Positions 56,030 to 64,000 of a stretch of DNA of 64,000 bases are shown here, piece by piece. Below the pieces are notes generated by a model that saw nothing but the letters and a program-made list of their open reading frames with translations, was not told where the DNA came from and searched no databases. The DNA is from Methanobacteriota archaeon. Lineage in GTDB: Archaea; Thermoplasmatota; Thermoplasmata; SG8-5; JAGLSY01. Location: assembly GCA_020696385.1 (NCBI GenBank), contig JAEHCQ010000001.1:654770-718769 (forward strand), written 5' to 3'. The position numbers and the translations under genes are program-made. Every line of letters begins with the position of its first letter. Position 1 is the first letter of the stretch.

Positions 56030-59000
56030 GTGGGGATGGGATACATGGGTTACACCGAATTAATAGCCAGTGAAGATACGAAAAAATATTTCGAAGCCTT
56101 AATGACCGGGGCGAACATATGTTATGATGTCGCGGCAGAGGCCAGATCCAAAGGTTTTGATCCTTCCCTTGAAGTGGAGATCCCCCAGGCGGACGACCTG
56201 GCATCCCGTGTGGAGAAGCAATTGAAAGAATTGCCTCTGGAGAATGTGGCCGAGATAATAAGGGAGATCGCGGAGCACAACAATCGAGAGGTCACATCCC
56301 TGCTGGTGGCGAAGAAAGTGGCCAGGGAATTCAAGGGATCCAAAGATATCGCTCTGGATACCGCTGTCAGGGTGGGACTGGCTGTTCTCACAGAAGGTAT
56401 CCTCGTAGCTCCCCTGGATGGAATTTCGGGTGTGGAGATCAATCAATCTGGAGGCAAGGATTATGTTTCCATATTTTATGCTGGACCAATACGCTCCGCC
56501 GGTGGGACTGGCCAGGCAATGAGCGTTCTGATCGCCGATGTCGTTCGACGTGAGCTGGGCATCGGGGTGTACGAGGCCACGATGCAGGAAGTGGAAAGAT
56601 GGAAGGAAGAGATACAGCTTTACAGGCAGGCCCAGCATCTTCAATACACGCCCACTGAGAAAGAGATCGAGATAATATTGAACAATTGTCCGATCTGCAT
56701 TGATGGAGACGGGACCGAGAAAGTGGAGATATCCGGTTATCGAGACCTGCCTCGTATCGAGACCAACCGTGTCCGTGGCGGACCATGCCTGGTAATTGCC
56801 GAAGGTCTATGCCAGAAGGGTGCGAAGATCCAGAAGCATGTGAGGAATCTGAAGATCGATGGATGGGAGTTCATTGACAAGATAGTGAAAAAGAAAGAAG
56901 ACACCGGGCCAATCAAGTCCATAGATCCAAGTTATAAATTCATTAAAGATGTCGTCGGGGGGAGGCCAGTATATGGACATCCCATGGCGAAGGGGTCCTT
57001 CAGGCTCAGATACGGAAGATCCAGAACTGCGGGACTGGCATCCATAAGCATCCATCCTTCCACGATGTACATTGTGGAAGAGACCGCGGCGGTTGGCACG
57101 CAGATAAAGATCGAAAGACCTGGAAAGGCTGGAATTTCCATGCCCTGCGATACGATCGATGGGCCAATGGTCATCCTCAAGAATGGTGATTTTTTAAGAT
57201 TGAACGATCCCAAAGAAGCGAAAGAACTTTCGAATGACATACTGGAAATAACCGATCTGGGAGATATCCTGATCCCCGTGGGCGAGTTCCTGGAGAACAA
57301 TCACCCATTGGTACCAGGTGTCTTCGACCTTGGATGGTACAAGGCGATCCTGAGACAGAAAGGACTGGATGGAAATAAAGAGGATGTATTTCTGAATCCG
57401 ACCATTGACCAGTCCTTTGAGAATTCGAAGAAACATGATATCCCCCTCCACCCGGATCTCACCTATTTCTGGAATGATCTGACAGTGGATGAGGTTGATG
57501 AATTACGGATCCTGCTGGTCAAGATGGGGAAGATGGAAAATGGTGAGCTGGTCGTTACGAATGATCAAAATATTAAAAATATTTTGATAGATTTGGGCGC
57601 GCCCCACAAGAAGAATTCCGATGGCCTTTATGTTGTGGAAAATGGCCAGGCGATAACACGATGCCTGGGTTTGGAGACTGATGATTATTCCATAAAGATC
57701 GGGATCAAAGGCAAAGTGGAGGAAGGAGGAACTACCCTGGAATATGTGTCTTCACTTGCCGGAGTTAAGATAGGGGACAAGTGTGGGACCAGGATCGGAG
57801 CCCGTATGGCCAGGCCTGAAAAGGGAGATATGAGGAAGATGAATCCCCCTGTTCACAGCTTGTTCGGCATAGGGGACACTGGTGGCCCTAGCCGCCTTCT
57901 CAATAAGGCCGTCAAGATCTCCAAGAGCCAGATCAATGTCGATGCCGAGGTGCGCCAATGCACGGAATGCGGAGAGCGCGGTATCCTGCCCAAGTGCAAA
58001 TGCGGTGGCCATCGTGTTCCCACAGAATCGCATGAGGAGCAGGAGATAGATGTCAATCGCATGGTGAGAGGGGCTATTGCCAATCTGAATCTCAGCTTTG
58101 ACAAGATGCCGAAGGTCAAAGGCGTCAAAGGTATGATATCAAAGAACAAGAGTGTGGAGATGCCCGAAAAAGGCATTTTAAGAGCCATTAACGGCGTCTT
58201 CGTGTTCAAGGACGGTACTTGTCGATATGACGCGACAGATGCTCCTGTAACTCATTTCAGACCCAATGAGATCAATGCATCAGTGGAAGTATTGCGTAAA
58301 TTGGGCTATCTGAAAGATATTCGTGGCGAGGAGCTGACCAGGGAGGACCAAATGTTGGAGCTCAGAACCCAGGATGTCATAATGCCGCTGGATGGGGGAG
58401 ATTACATGGTCCAGGTGTCGAAATACATCGATGATGAGCTCGTACTCATCTATGGTATGGAGCCTTTTTACAAAGCCAATAAGAGAGGCGATCTCATCGG
58501 AGCATCGATGATGGGGCTTTCTCCACATACATCTGGAGGGGTTCTATCCAGATTAATAGGGTTCACAAAGGCCAGTGTGGGATTCGCCCATCCATATTTC
58601 CATGCTGCCAAGAGGCGGAATTGCGATGGTGATGAGGATTGTTTCATGCTGCTTCTTGACGGGTTGCTCAATTTCTCATGGTCCTTCCTTCCAGAAAGAC
58701 GAGGTGGTCGAATGGACGCACCTTTATTACTATCCACCATCCTCAATCCAAATGAGATCGACAAGGAAGCGCACAATGTGGACCTCATGTTCGAATATCC
58801 AATTGAAATGTACGAGGCGGGAGTGGAATACAAGGACCCGCAGACGATCGAGCACCTTCTCGATACAGCTGGCAGCAGGATAGGGACTGTGCTTCAATAT
58901 GAGAAATTCGGCTTCACCAATGACACCACGGATATCGCCGGGGGGCCCTGCGTGTCATCGTACAAAACCCTGGAAACAATGGCTGATAAAACCCGGGTGC

Positions 59001-59368
59001 AACTGGAACTGGCGAGGAAGATCAGAGCGGTGGATCAGAGAGATGTGGCCGAGCGCCTCATATCGGGACATTTCATGCCCGACATGATCGGAAACCTCAA
59101 ATCCTTCTCCACACAGACAGTGAGATGCACCAAATGCGGCAAGAAATATCGCCGAATACCGATCATCGGACATTGTTACTGCGGGAATAAGCTGATATTG
59201 ACCGTGCACCCTGCCAGTGTGAGGAAATACCTGGTGATGTCCAAGGACATAGCGAGAGATTTCGATGTCTCCACATACACGATCCAGAGAATTGAGAATA
59301 TGGAAAAGTCCATATGCTCGCTCTTTGAGAATGAGAAGGTGAAGGACTGCACGCTGTTTGACTTTTAA
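56030..59368 (+). CDS. polC: DNA polymerase D large subunit (DP2), no intein
   Basis: AGPIRSAGGT, GFRLRYGR-like GSFRLRYGRSR, RIGARM.RPEK, AKRRNCDGDED, C-terminal Zn finger; start may be ATG 56036 or 56045. Confidence 0.97.
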   Translation: MGMGYMGYTELIASEDTKKYFEALMTGANICYDVAAEARSKGFDPSLEVEIPQADDLASRVEKQLKELPLENVAEIIREIAEHNNREVTSLLVAKKVAREFKGSKDIALDTAVRVGLAVLTEGILVAPLDGISGVEINQSGGKDYVSIFYAGPIRSAGGTGQAMSVLIADVVRRELGIGVYEATMQEVERWKEEIQLYRQAQHLQYTPTEKEIEIILNNCPICIDGDGTEKVEISGYRDLPRIETNRVRGGPCLVIAEGLCQKGAKIQKHVRNLKIDGWEFIDKIVKKKEDTGPIKSIDPSYKFIKDVVGGRPVYGHPMAKGSFRLRYGRSRTAGLASISIHPSTMYIVEETAAVGTQIKIERPGKAGISMPCDTIDGPMVILKNGDFLRLNDPKEAKELSNDILEITDLGDILIPVGEFLENNHPLVPGVFDLGWYKAILRQKGLDGNKEDVFLNPTIDQSFENSKKHDIPLHPDLTYFWNDLTVDEVDELRILLVKMGKMENGELVVTNDQNIKNILIDLGAPHKKNSDGLYVVENGQAITRCLGLETDDYSIKIGIKGKVEEGGTTLEYVSSLAGVKIGDKCGTRIGARMARPEKGDMRKMNPPVHSLFGIGDTGGPSRLLNKAVKISKSQINVDAEVRQCTECGERGILPKCKCGGHRVPTESHEEQEIDVNRMVRGAIANLNLSFDKMPKVKGVKGMISKNKSVEMPEKGILRAINGVFVFKDGTCRYDATDAPVTHFRPNEINASVEVLRKLGYLKDIRGEELTREDQMLELRTQDVIMPLDGGDYMVQVSKYIDDELVLIYGMEPFYKANKRGDLIGASMMGLSPHTSGGVLSRLIGFTKASVGFAHPYFHAAKRRNCDGDEDCFMLLLDGLLNFSWSFLPERRGGRMDAPLLLSTILNPNEIDKEAHNVDLMFEYPIEMYEAGVEYKDPQTIEHLLDTAGSRIGTVLQYEKFGFTNDTTDIAGGPCVSSYKTLETMADKTRVQLELARKIRAVDQRDVAERLISGHFMPDMIGNLKSFSTQTVRCTKCGKKYRRIPIIGHCYCGNKLILTVHPASVRKYLVMSKDIARDFDVSTYTIQRIENMEKSICSLFENEKVKDCTLFDF

Positions 59369-59391
59369 ATGTCCTTTGATTCGCGCGGTTC

Positions 59392-61209
59392 TCAAGAGTA
59401 TTTTCTTATGACCCAGATAAGTAAAGTTCCAATGATGGTTGTTAGAAGAATACCGATGAAGATCAGGATGAAATCATTGTTGCTTGATGGAACTGGCTCG
59501 TATACCTCATATATGAAGATCTCTCCATAATTCGGAAACACTATGGAATTTCCATCCTCGGACCAGAGTGGACAGCGAATATTGGTTCCCGTGGTGTTCC
59601 CTGTAGGAGCGAACAGCACCTGTGGCTCAAGATCATCAAGGCTCATAGTGTACATGGTCTGCAGATAAGAGTCCTTGACCTCGAATATGATGTTCTTTCC
59701 ATCAGGTGACCAGAAGAGGGGTGTGCCTGAGGTAATATCCCCGGCCATATCCGTGACCTGTTCCACGTTCTCTCCGTCCCTATCCATCATGAAGATTTGG
59801 AAGGAACCAGTGCGATCGGAAACAAACATTATTTTCTTCCCATCAGGAGAGAAGATCGGGTTCCCATCACTGCCTGGGTCGTTTGTCAACTCCTCCATGG
59901 CCGTGCCGTCTTTGTTGATGGAGAAGATATCGTAATTGCCATTCCTGTCGGATGTGAAGGTCATGCTTTCACCATCCGGAGCCCATGAGCCAGCAAAGTT
60001 AAGATGCTGGTCATCCACCAAGGCCCTGACATTGGAGCCATCGTGATCCATGAGGTGTACGCCATGGCCCTCCCCTCTATCGGATGTGAACATGATGGTA
60101 CCAGCATCCGGCGAATATCTGGCATCCGTGTCTATTATATCATAATTATCGGTCAGGCGCTGGATGTCGGTCCCATCCTCTTTGACCGAGAAAATGTCCA
60201 GTGTCCCATGCTTGTCCGAGACATACAATATCCGACCATCCACCCATGAGGTGGGTATCTTTGTCCCGTCAGCCGAGGTATTGGTCAAGGGGCCTCCGAG
60301 GATCGTTCTCTCCCATTCAATATCTTTTGTATAATCATTGGCCAGCCAGTCCAGCCACAGGGTCTGGAACTCGTCCTGGGTCATATTGAAGGTCAGCGTG
60401 AAGCCATCATGTACCGACTGGTTCCTCTCCGAGTTCTCGATGAAGGAAGAAAGGGCTTCTGGGCCATGCTCCTCCGCGATGTAGGTGAAGACCGAGTATC
60501 CCTCCACATATCCGTGAGAGCCCAGTCTGCCCTCCCAGGTGGTCATGTCATCCAGCATCTTCAGGGCATCGTATTCCATGTAGATGCTCATGGTCGCTGG
60601 ATTGGAATCCTTCAACATGCCATCATAATATTGATCTGAAAAATAGTCAGCCAAGCCATCGTAATACCACCATGGTAGACCACTGTACATGAGATTGGAA
60701 ACATCAAGTTTCTTGCACAGGAGAGCGTGATGCACCTCGTGGGCGATGATTGGGGCTACCCTTCCATTGGTCCCCCAGGTATAGGCCCAGTTCACACTCC
60801 ATTCACTCTGGAACGCGATATTGATGCCGGAATAACCTCCGGTATTGAGCCAGCACGTGTATTGCAGACATTGGGGTATGGATATCAACAGCTTGGTATC
60901 AAGGGTGTGATTGGCCAGCAGGGATGCCTCAGGATATATCTCCTCAGCAGTGTCGATCACCTTTTGGGCGAAGGACTCCTGGCCTTCCTCGTAGGTTATC
61001 CTGAAATGCTCCGTCTCCATGGTTTGTGAGGCGCGGGTTCCCTGTATTAAATCTTGATCGTGGATATCGATCTGGCCTTGATTCATATCTTGATCCATAG
61101 CCGGAACCAAAAATGAAAATATCCCGATGGACAGCATGAAGAAAACTAGGATTATGGCAATAGATAATCTGCCACGATGCTTGCTTGATCCATTCCCCAG
61201 TTTTTTCAT
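59392..61209 (-). CDS. Membrane-anchored peptidase MA-like metalloprotease fused to a TolB/PD40 beta-propeller
   Basis: N-terminal TM, ETEHF.I.Y, AHEVHH, WYYDGLADY, repeated SPDG..I.F.SDR, C-terminal TM; SD GAGGTG before ATG 61209. Confidence 0.82.
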   Translation of the reverse strand: MKKLGNGSSKHRGRLSIAIILVFFMLSIGIFSFLVPAMDQDMNQGQIDIHDQDLIQGTRASQTMETEHFRITYEEGQESFAQKVIDTAEEIYPEASLLANHTLDTKLLISIPQCLQYTCWLNTGGYSGINIAFQSEWSVNWAYTWGTNGRVAPIIAHEVHHALLCKKLDVSNLMYSGLPWWYYDGLADYFSDQYYDGMLKDSNPATMSIYMEYDALKMLDDMTTWEGRLGSHGYVEGYSVFTYIAEEHGPEALSSFIENSERNQSVHDGFTLTFNMTQDEFQTLWLDWLANDYTKDIEWERTILGGPLTNTSADGTKIPTSWVDGRILYVSDKHGTLDIFSVKEDGTDIQRLTDNYDIIDTDARYSPDAGTIMFTSDRGEGHGVHLMDHDGSNVRALVDDQHLNFAGSWAPDGESMTFTSDRNGNYDIFSINKDGTAMEELTNDPGSDGNPIFSPDGKKIMFVSDRTGSFQIFMMDRDGENVEQVTDMAGDITSGTPLFWSPDGKNIIFEVKDSYLQTMYTMSLDDLEPQVLFAPTGNTTGTNIRCPLWSEDGNSIVFPNYGEIFIYEVYEPVPSSNNDFILIFIGILLTTIIGTLLIWVIRKYS

Positions 61210-61229
61210 CTCTTCCACCTCATTGGGTC

Positions 61230-61556
61230 TTAGAACCCGAATAGCCAGATCCATACAATGCCGATCAGCACAAGGATCGCGCCAATACCAAATACGAAGA
61301 TGGCTACATTATAGGAGCCCGCATCTCTTAATTCAATGTCCTGCTTCCTTTTATAATCCTTGACCTCGACGAAGTCTGGAATTCCTGAGTATCCCATCCT
61401 CTTATATGGATTGCCCTCGGCCATTCCACCCTGGGCCACCCAGAGGAAGATCCATAGAGATATGCCAGCGAAAATTGAGATTGCTGGTGAAAAAACAATG
61501 CTGAGGCCGATACCGATTATCAGAACCCCCAGTGCTATTTTGTGTATCTTCTCCAT
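61230..61556 (-). CDS. Small membrane protein
   Basis: Three hydrophobic segments; TATA box (TTTATATA) about 25 nt upstream. Confidence 0.7.
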   Translation of the reverse strand: MEKIHKIALGVLIIGIGLSIVFSPAISIFAGISLWIFLWVAQGGMAEGNPYKRMGYSGIPDFVEVKDYKRKQDIELRDAGSYNVAIFVFGIGAILVLIGIVWIWLFGF

Positions 61557-61613
61557 GATTAGCAGTTACACGTTTTTTGTATATAAAGTATATTTGGGAA
61601 TTCCCAAGGCGCC

Positions 61614-62474
61614 CTATTCACTTGCTTTGATCATCCAGTATCCCAATCTCAATTCCTCTTCAAATCCCAGACTTTCCGCCAGTTTGTAGCTGCCGATATT
61701 ATTGCCCCGGCATGACCAGGCCGGTTCGTAACCATTCTCCAGACAATATTCAATGAGTGCGGCACATGCTTGCCGAGCCAAACCTCGCCCATGATATTCC
61801 GGCAAGGTCTCGATCCCGATCTCCAAGTATCTTTTGTCAATGCCCCTATCTTCCACGATGAAAGCTGCGAAAGCGGTTGATGCCAGCTTGCCATCTACAA
61901 GAGCAGAAAATCCTACAGAGTTATCAACAAAATCATCAGCATCTCGCCAGAAGAACTTGGGTATGACCGTCCCGGCCATCTCGTAGAACATGTCGCCGGT
62001 GGTTCCAACCACCTGGCAAGATGGATCCTGTGGGATATTCTTCAGTTTTCGGAAGGTCATATTGATACGCTCGTCCTCCACTATCTTCTTTCCATCATGA
62101 TCTTCACCATCACCCAGAGCGTGGTACGATGAGCCAGCTATCTCTTTGACGAACTCCCCCCATGCCTTTGGATACACCTGCAGGTATTCGTTCTTCGTCC
62201 TCTCGCCCTCTGTATCCATTATATAAGTTTTGAGCCAGTCATTGAATTCAGTGTTATCGAGATCTCCAAAGATCAGGGACATTCCATAAGGATGAAGAAT
62301 GTAGATCGATCTTGGATCTGAGACATCATCGACAAAGACCTTCTCAGTATGGGCATGGATCCCGTGTTCATCAATATGGCCATTGATCACCTGCCGGGCA
62401 AATAATGTATTGAAAGGAATGGCTCTCAATGGTTCCCTTATCTTATCATAATGTTCCTTGGCCAGTGGTATCAT
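61614..62474 (-). CDS. GNAT-family N-acetyltransferase
   Basis: EIGIET.PEYHGRGLA, P.WSC...N.GS.KLAESLGF. Confidence 0.85.
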   Translation of the reverse strand: MIPLAKEHYDKIREPLRAIPFNTLFARQVINGHIDEHGIHAHTEKVFVDDVSDPRSIYILHPYGMSLIFGDLDNTEFNDWLKTYIMDTEGERTKNEYLQVYPKAWGEFVKEIAGSSYHALGDGEDHDGKKIVEDERINMTFRKLKNIPQDPSCQVVGTTGDMFYEMAGTVIPKFFWRDADDFVDNSVGFSALVDGKLASTAFAAFIVEDRGIDKRYLEIGIETLPEYHGRGLARQACAALIEYCLENGYEPAWSCRGNNIGSYKLAESLGFEEELRLGYWMIKASE

Positions 62475-62510
62475 TTAAAGGCTCCTGCCCGACTTCTATC
62501 GAAGTGAGTG

Positions 62511-63881
62511 TTAATCATGAACAATGGCAAACCCAGTCTTATCAACGATGAGTGGGTTATAATCTCTTCCATGATTGGTCTCCCTCATTTTCACAACTCC
62601 GAGGAAGAGGTTGGTGCCCTTGCCAGATTTTTCGGTCTTCAGATGGATGATGGAATCTGCCAGGAACTCCTCCACACCATAAGTTCCGAATATCTCCTTC
62701 TCTGAATCGAACATCTCGGTTATTATGAAGACCGTGATGCCCAGGTCCCTCAGCTTCTCGAAGAAGAAGAATAATTCACTTCTCGGATTCTTGAAAGTCG
62801 TGAGCGAGTAAAGAGCGGATAAGGAATCCAGTACTATCACTTCACAGCCGAATACCTTCTTGTAATTCTGTATCTGGGTGATGATCGAATTCAGCCAGTC
62901 GATGCCCTCTAATTCGGTAGTGGTGGCTTCCTTTCTCAGGTGAGCCATGTCGATGACGACCAGGTCATCCATATCATTGATCAACATGTTGGACCCACCG
63001 TCCATATCGAAGCCCAGTTTTTTCATATGCCTCTGGAGACTGGCTCTACTCTGTTCGAGTGTGAGGTAAACCCCTTTGACATTCTCCTTCTTTGATAGAT
63101 TGTGAAGTATACTGTAGCAGAAAGACGATTTCATCGAGCCCGCTCTGCCGCAAACAAGTACGATATGCCTGGCCGGAATACCGCCATCCAGGGTCTCATC
63201 CAGACCTTCGACATAGGTCTTGATCCTCTCATTTTCCATCAGCCTTTCCATGGCTGGTTCGTTCTCCGGATTTATTTCCAGAGCCTTCTTGTAACAGGTT
63301 ATGGCCTCCGCTGATCTATCCTGTGCCATGAGCGCGTCCCCGTACTTGACCCAGGGCTCGTCATTATCCGGATTTATTTCGATAAGTATCTCGTAGGATT
63401 CCATGGCCTTGTCGTATTTGCCACGCTCGCAGAATATGTCTCCCGTGATCAGGTGCGCCTGCTCATTGGTGGGATTCACCCTCAGTGCTTCCTTCAAGCT
63501 CTGCAAGGCCTGGCCCCATTTGCCCTTCTTGTAAAGATCAAGACCGCGTTCCATGAGTTCCTCATCCTCGGTCTTCTCCGTGGACTCTGGCTTCTCTTCC
63601 ATTTCGGGCTCTGCCTTTATTTCTTCTTCTTCGATCTCGATGTCAATGACAACGCCTTCTTCTTCATCCCCATCATCATCTGGATGAAAATGCGCATGGA
63701 TACCATTTGCCAGGTTCTCATTTATGCCTTTCAAATCGAACAATTCCTCAACACTGGCCTTTTCAAGAGCTTTGATGGAGTCAAAACCGCCTTTGTAAAG
63801 TATCTTGGCTTTGGACATTCCAACGCCTGGCAGTTCTGTAAATTCCTTCAAAATATCATCTTTCTTCGTCATTGGTATCAT
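62511..63881 (-). CDS. HhH-TPR-KaiC/RAD55-like ATPase fusion
   Basis: LPGVG..KAK.L..GGF.S...L..AS.EEL..L.GI (HhH); about 3 TPRs; GLDE.L.GGIP, GRAGSMKS, VLDSL, EEFLAD, VKMR.T.H. Confidence 0.85.
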   Translation of the reverse strand: MIPMTKKDDILKEFTELPGVGMSKAKILYKGGFDSIKALEKASVEELFDLKGINENLANGIHAHFHPDDDGDEEEGVVIDIEIEEEEIKAEPEMEEKPESTEKTEDEELMERGLDLYKKGKWGQALQSLKEALRVNPTNEQAHLITGDIFCERGKYDKAMESYEILIEINPDNDEPWVKYGDALMAQDRSAEAITCYKKALEINPENEPAMERLMENERIKTYVEGLDETLDGGIPARHIVLVCGRAGSMKSSFCYSILHNLSKKENVKGVYLTLEQSRASLQRHMKKLGFDMDGGSNMLINDMDDLVVIDMAHLRKEATTTELEGIDWLNSIITQIQNYKKVFGCEVIVLDSLSALYSLTTFKNPRSELFFFFEKLRDLGITVFIITEMFDSEKEIFGTYGVEEFLADSIIHLKTEKSGKGTNLFLGVVKMRETNHGRDYNPLIVDKTGFAIVHD

Positions 63882-63916
63882 TCCTGTAATATTGTAAGTG
63901 AGATATTGGGTAAACG

Positions 63917-64000
63917 TCAGGCGAGTTCCTTATCCAGGATATCCTTCAAGCCCTCGTATATCTTATTCGCAATGGCGTCTCCAGCCATGGTCTTGCACAT
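63917..64000 (-). CDS. C-terminal fragment of a gene running off the window
   Basis: Open frame ...MCKTMAGDAIANKIYEGLKDILDKELA*, co-oriented with and just upstream of the KaiC-like gene. Confidence 0.5.
   Translation of the reverse strand: MCKTMAGDAIANKIYEGLKDILDKELA

Noticed and set aside
8495-59368. Inteins in nrdJ or polC
   Set aside because: Lengths are normal and the usual insertion motifs (TNPCGEQ, RRNCDGDED) are uninterrupted.
267-63314. Numerous antisense and alternate-frame ORFs in the track (e.g. 3947-4843, 6089-6646, 15850-16167, 20163-20765, 30597-31208, 51386-51964)
   Set aside because: They lie inside well-supported genes, have no recognisable motifs and are typical shadow ORFs.

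Overview
Chromosomal window from an archaeon, most likely Thermoplasmatota (inferred from PolD large subunit, Gins51, archaeal ThrRS, eS1/S3ae, EF-1alpha/EF-2, an intron-containing tRNA-Met, TATA-driven leaderless genes and PKD/beta-helix surface proteins). Core genes: rps12-rps7-EF2-EF1a-rps10, rps3ae, thrS, polC, gins, nrdJ, queD/C/E and nadX. Metabolic genes point to anaerobic peptide or amino-acid fermentation: a B12 acyl-CoA mutase with isobutyryl-CoA mutase signature residues and a tungsten-type aldehyde:ferredoxin oxidoreductase operon, plus ThiS/MoaD and MobB. I saw no integrase, transposase, cas gene or prophage. Best leads: (1) an AOR operon headed by two membrane-anchored, apparently non-catalytic molybdopterin-binding-fold proteins and an ECF S-component-like protein (possible pterin-cofactor or metal salvage); (2) a receptor-like LamG-TM-SSUH2-like zinc-finger protein; (3) an unannotated ~230-nt structured RNA candidate next to tRNA-Met; (4) a repeated ~80-bp two-hairpin element with variable loops and compensatory changes; (5) phage-sheath-like (DUF3383-like) cassettes in a giant surface protein; (6) a Na+/H+ antiporter with a RING-type finger. 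All family assignments are from motif recognition by eye; no database searches were run.
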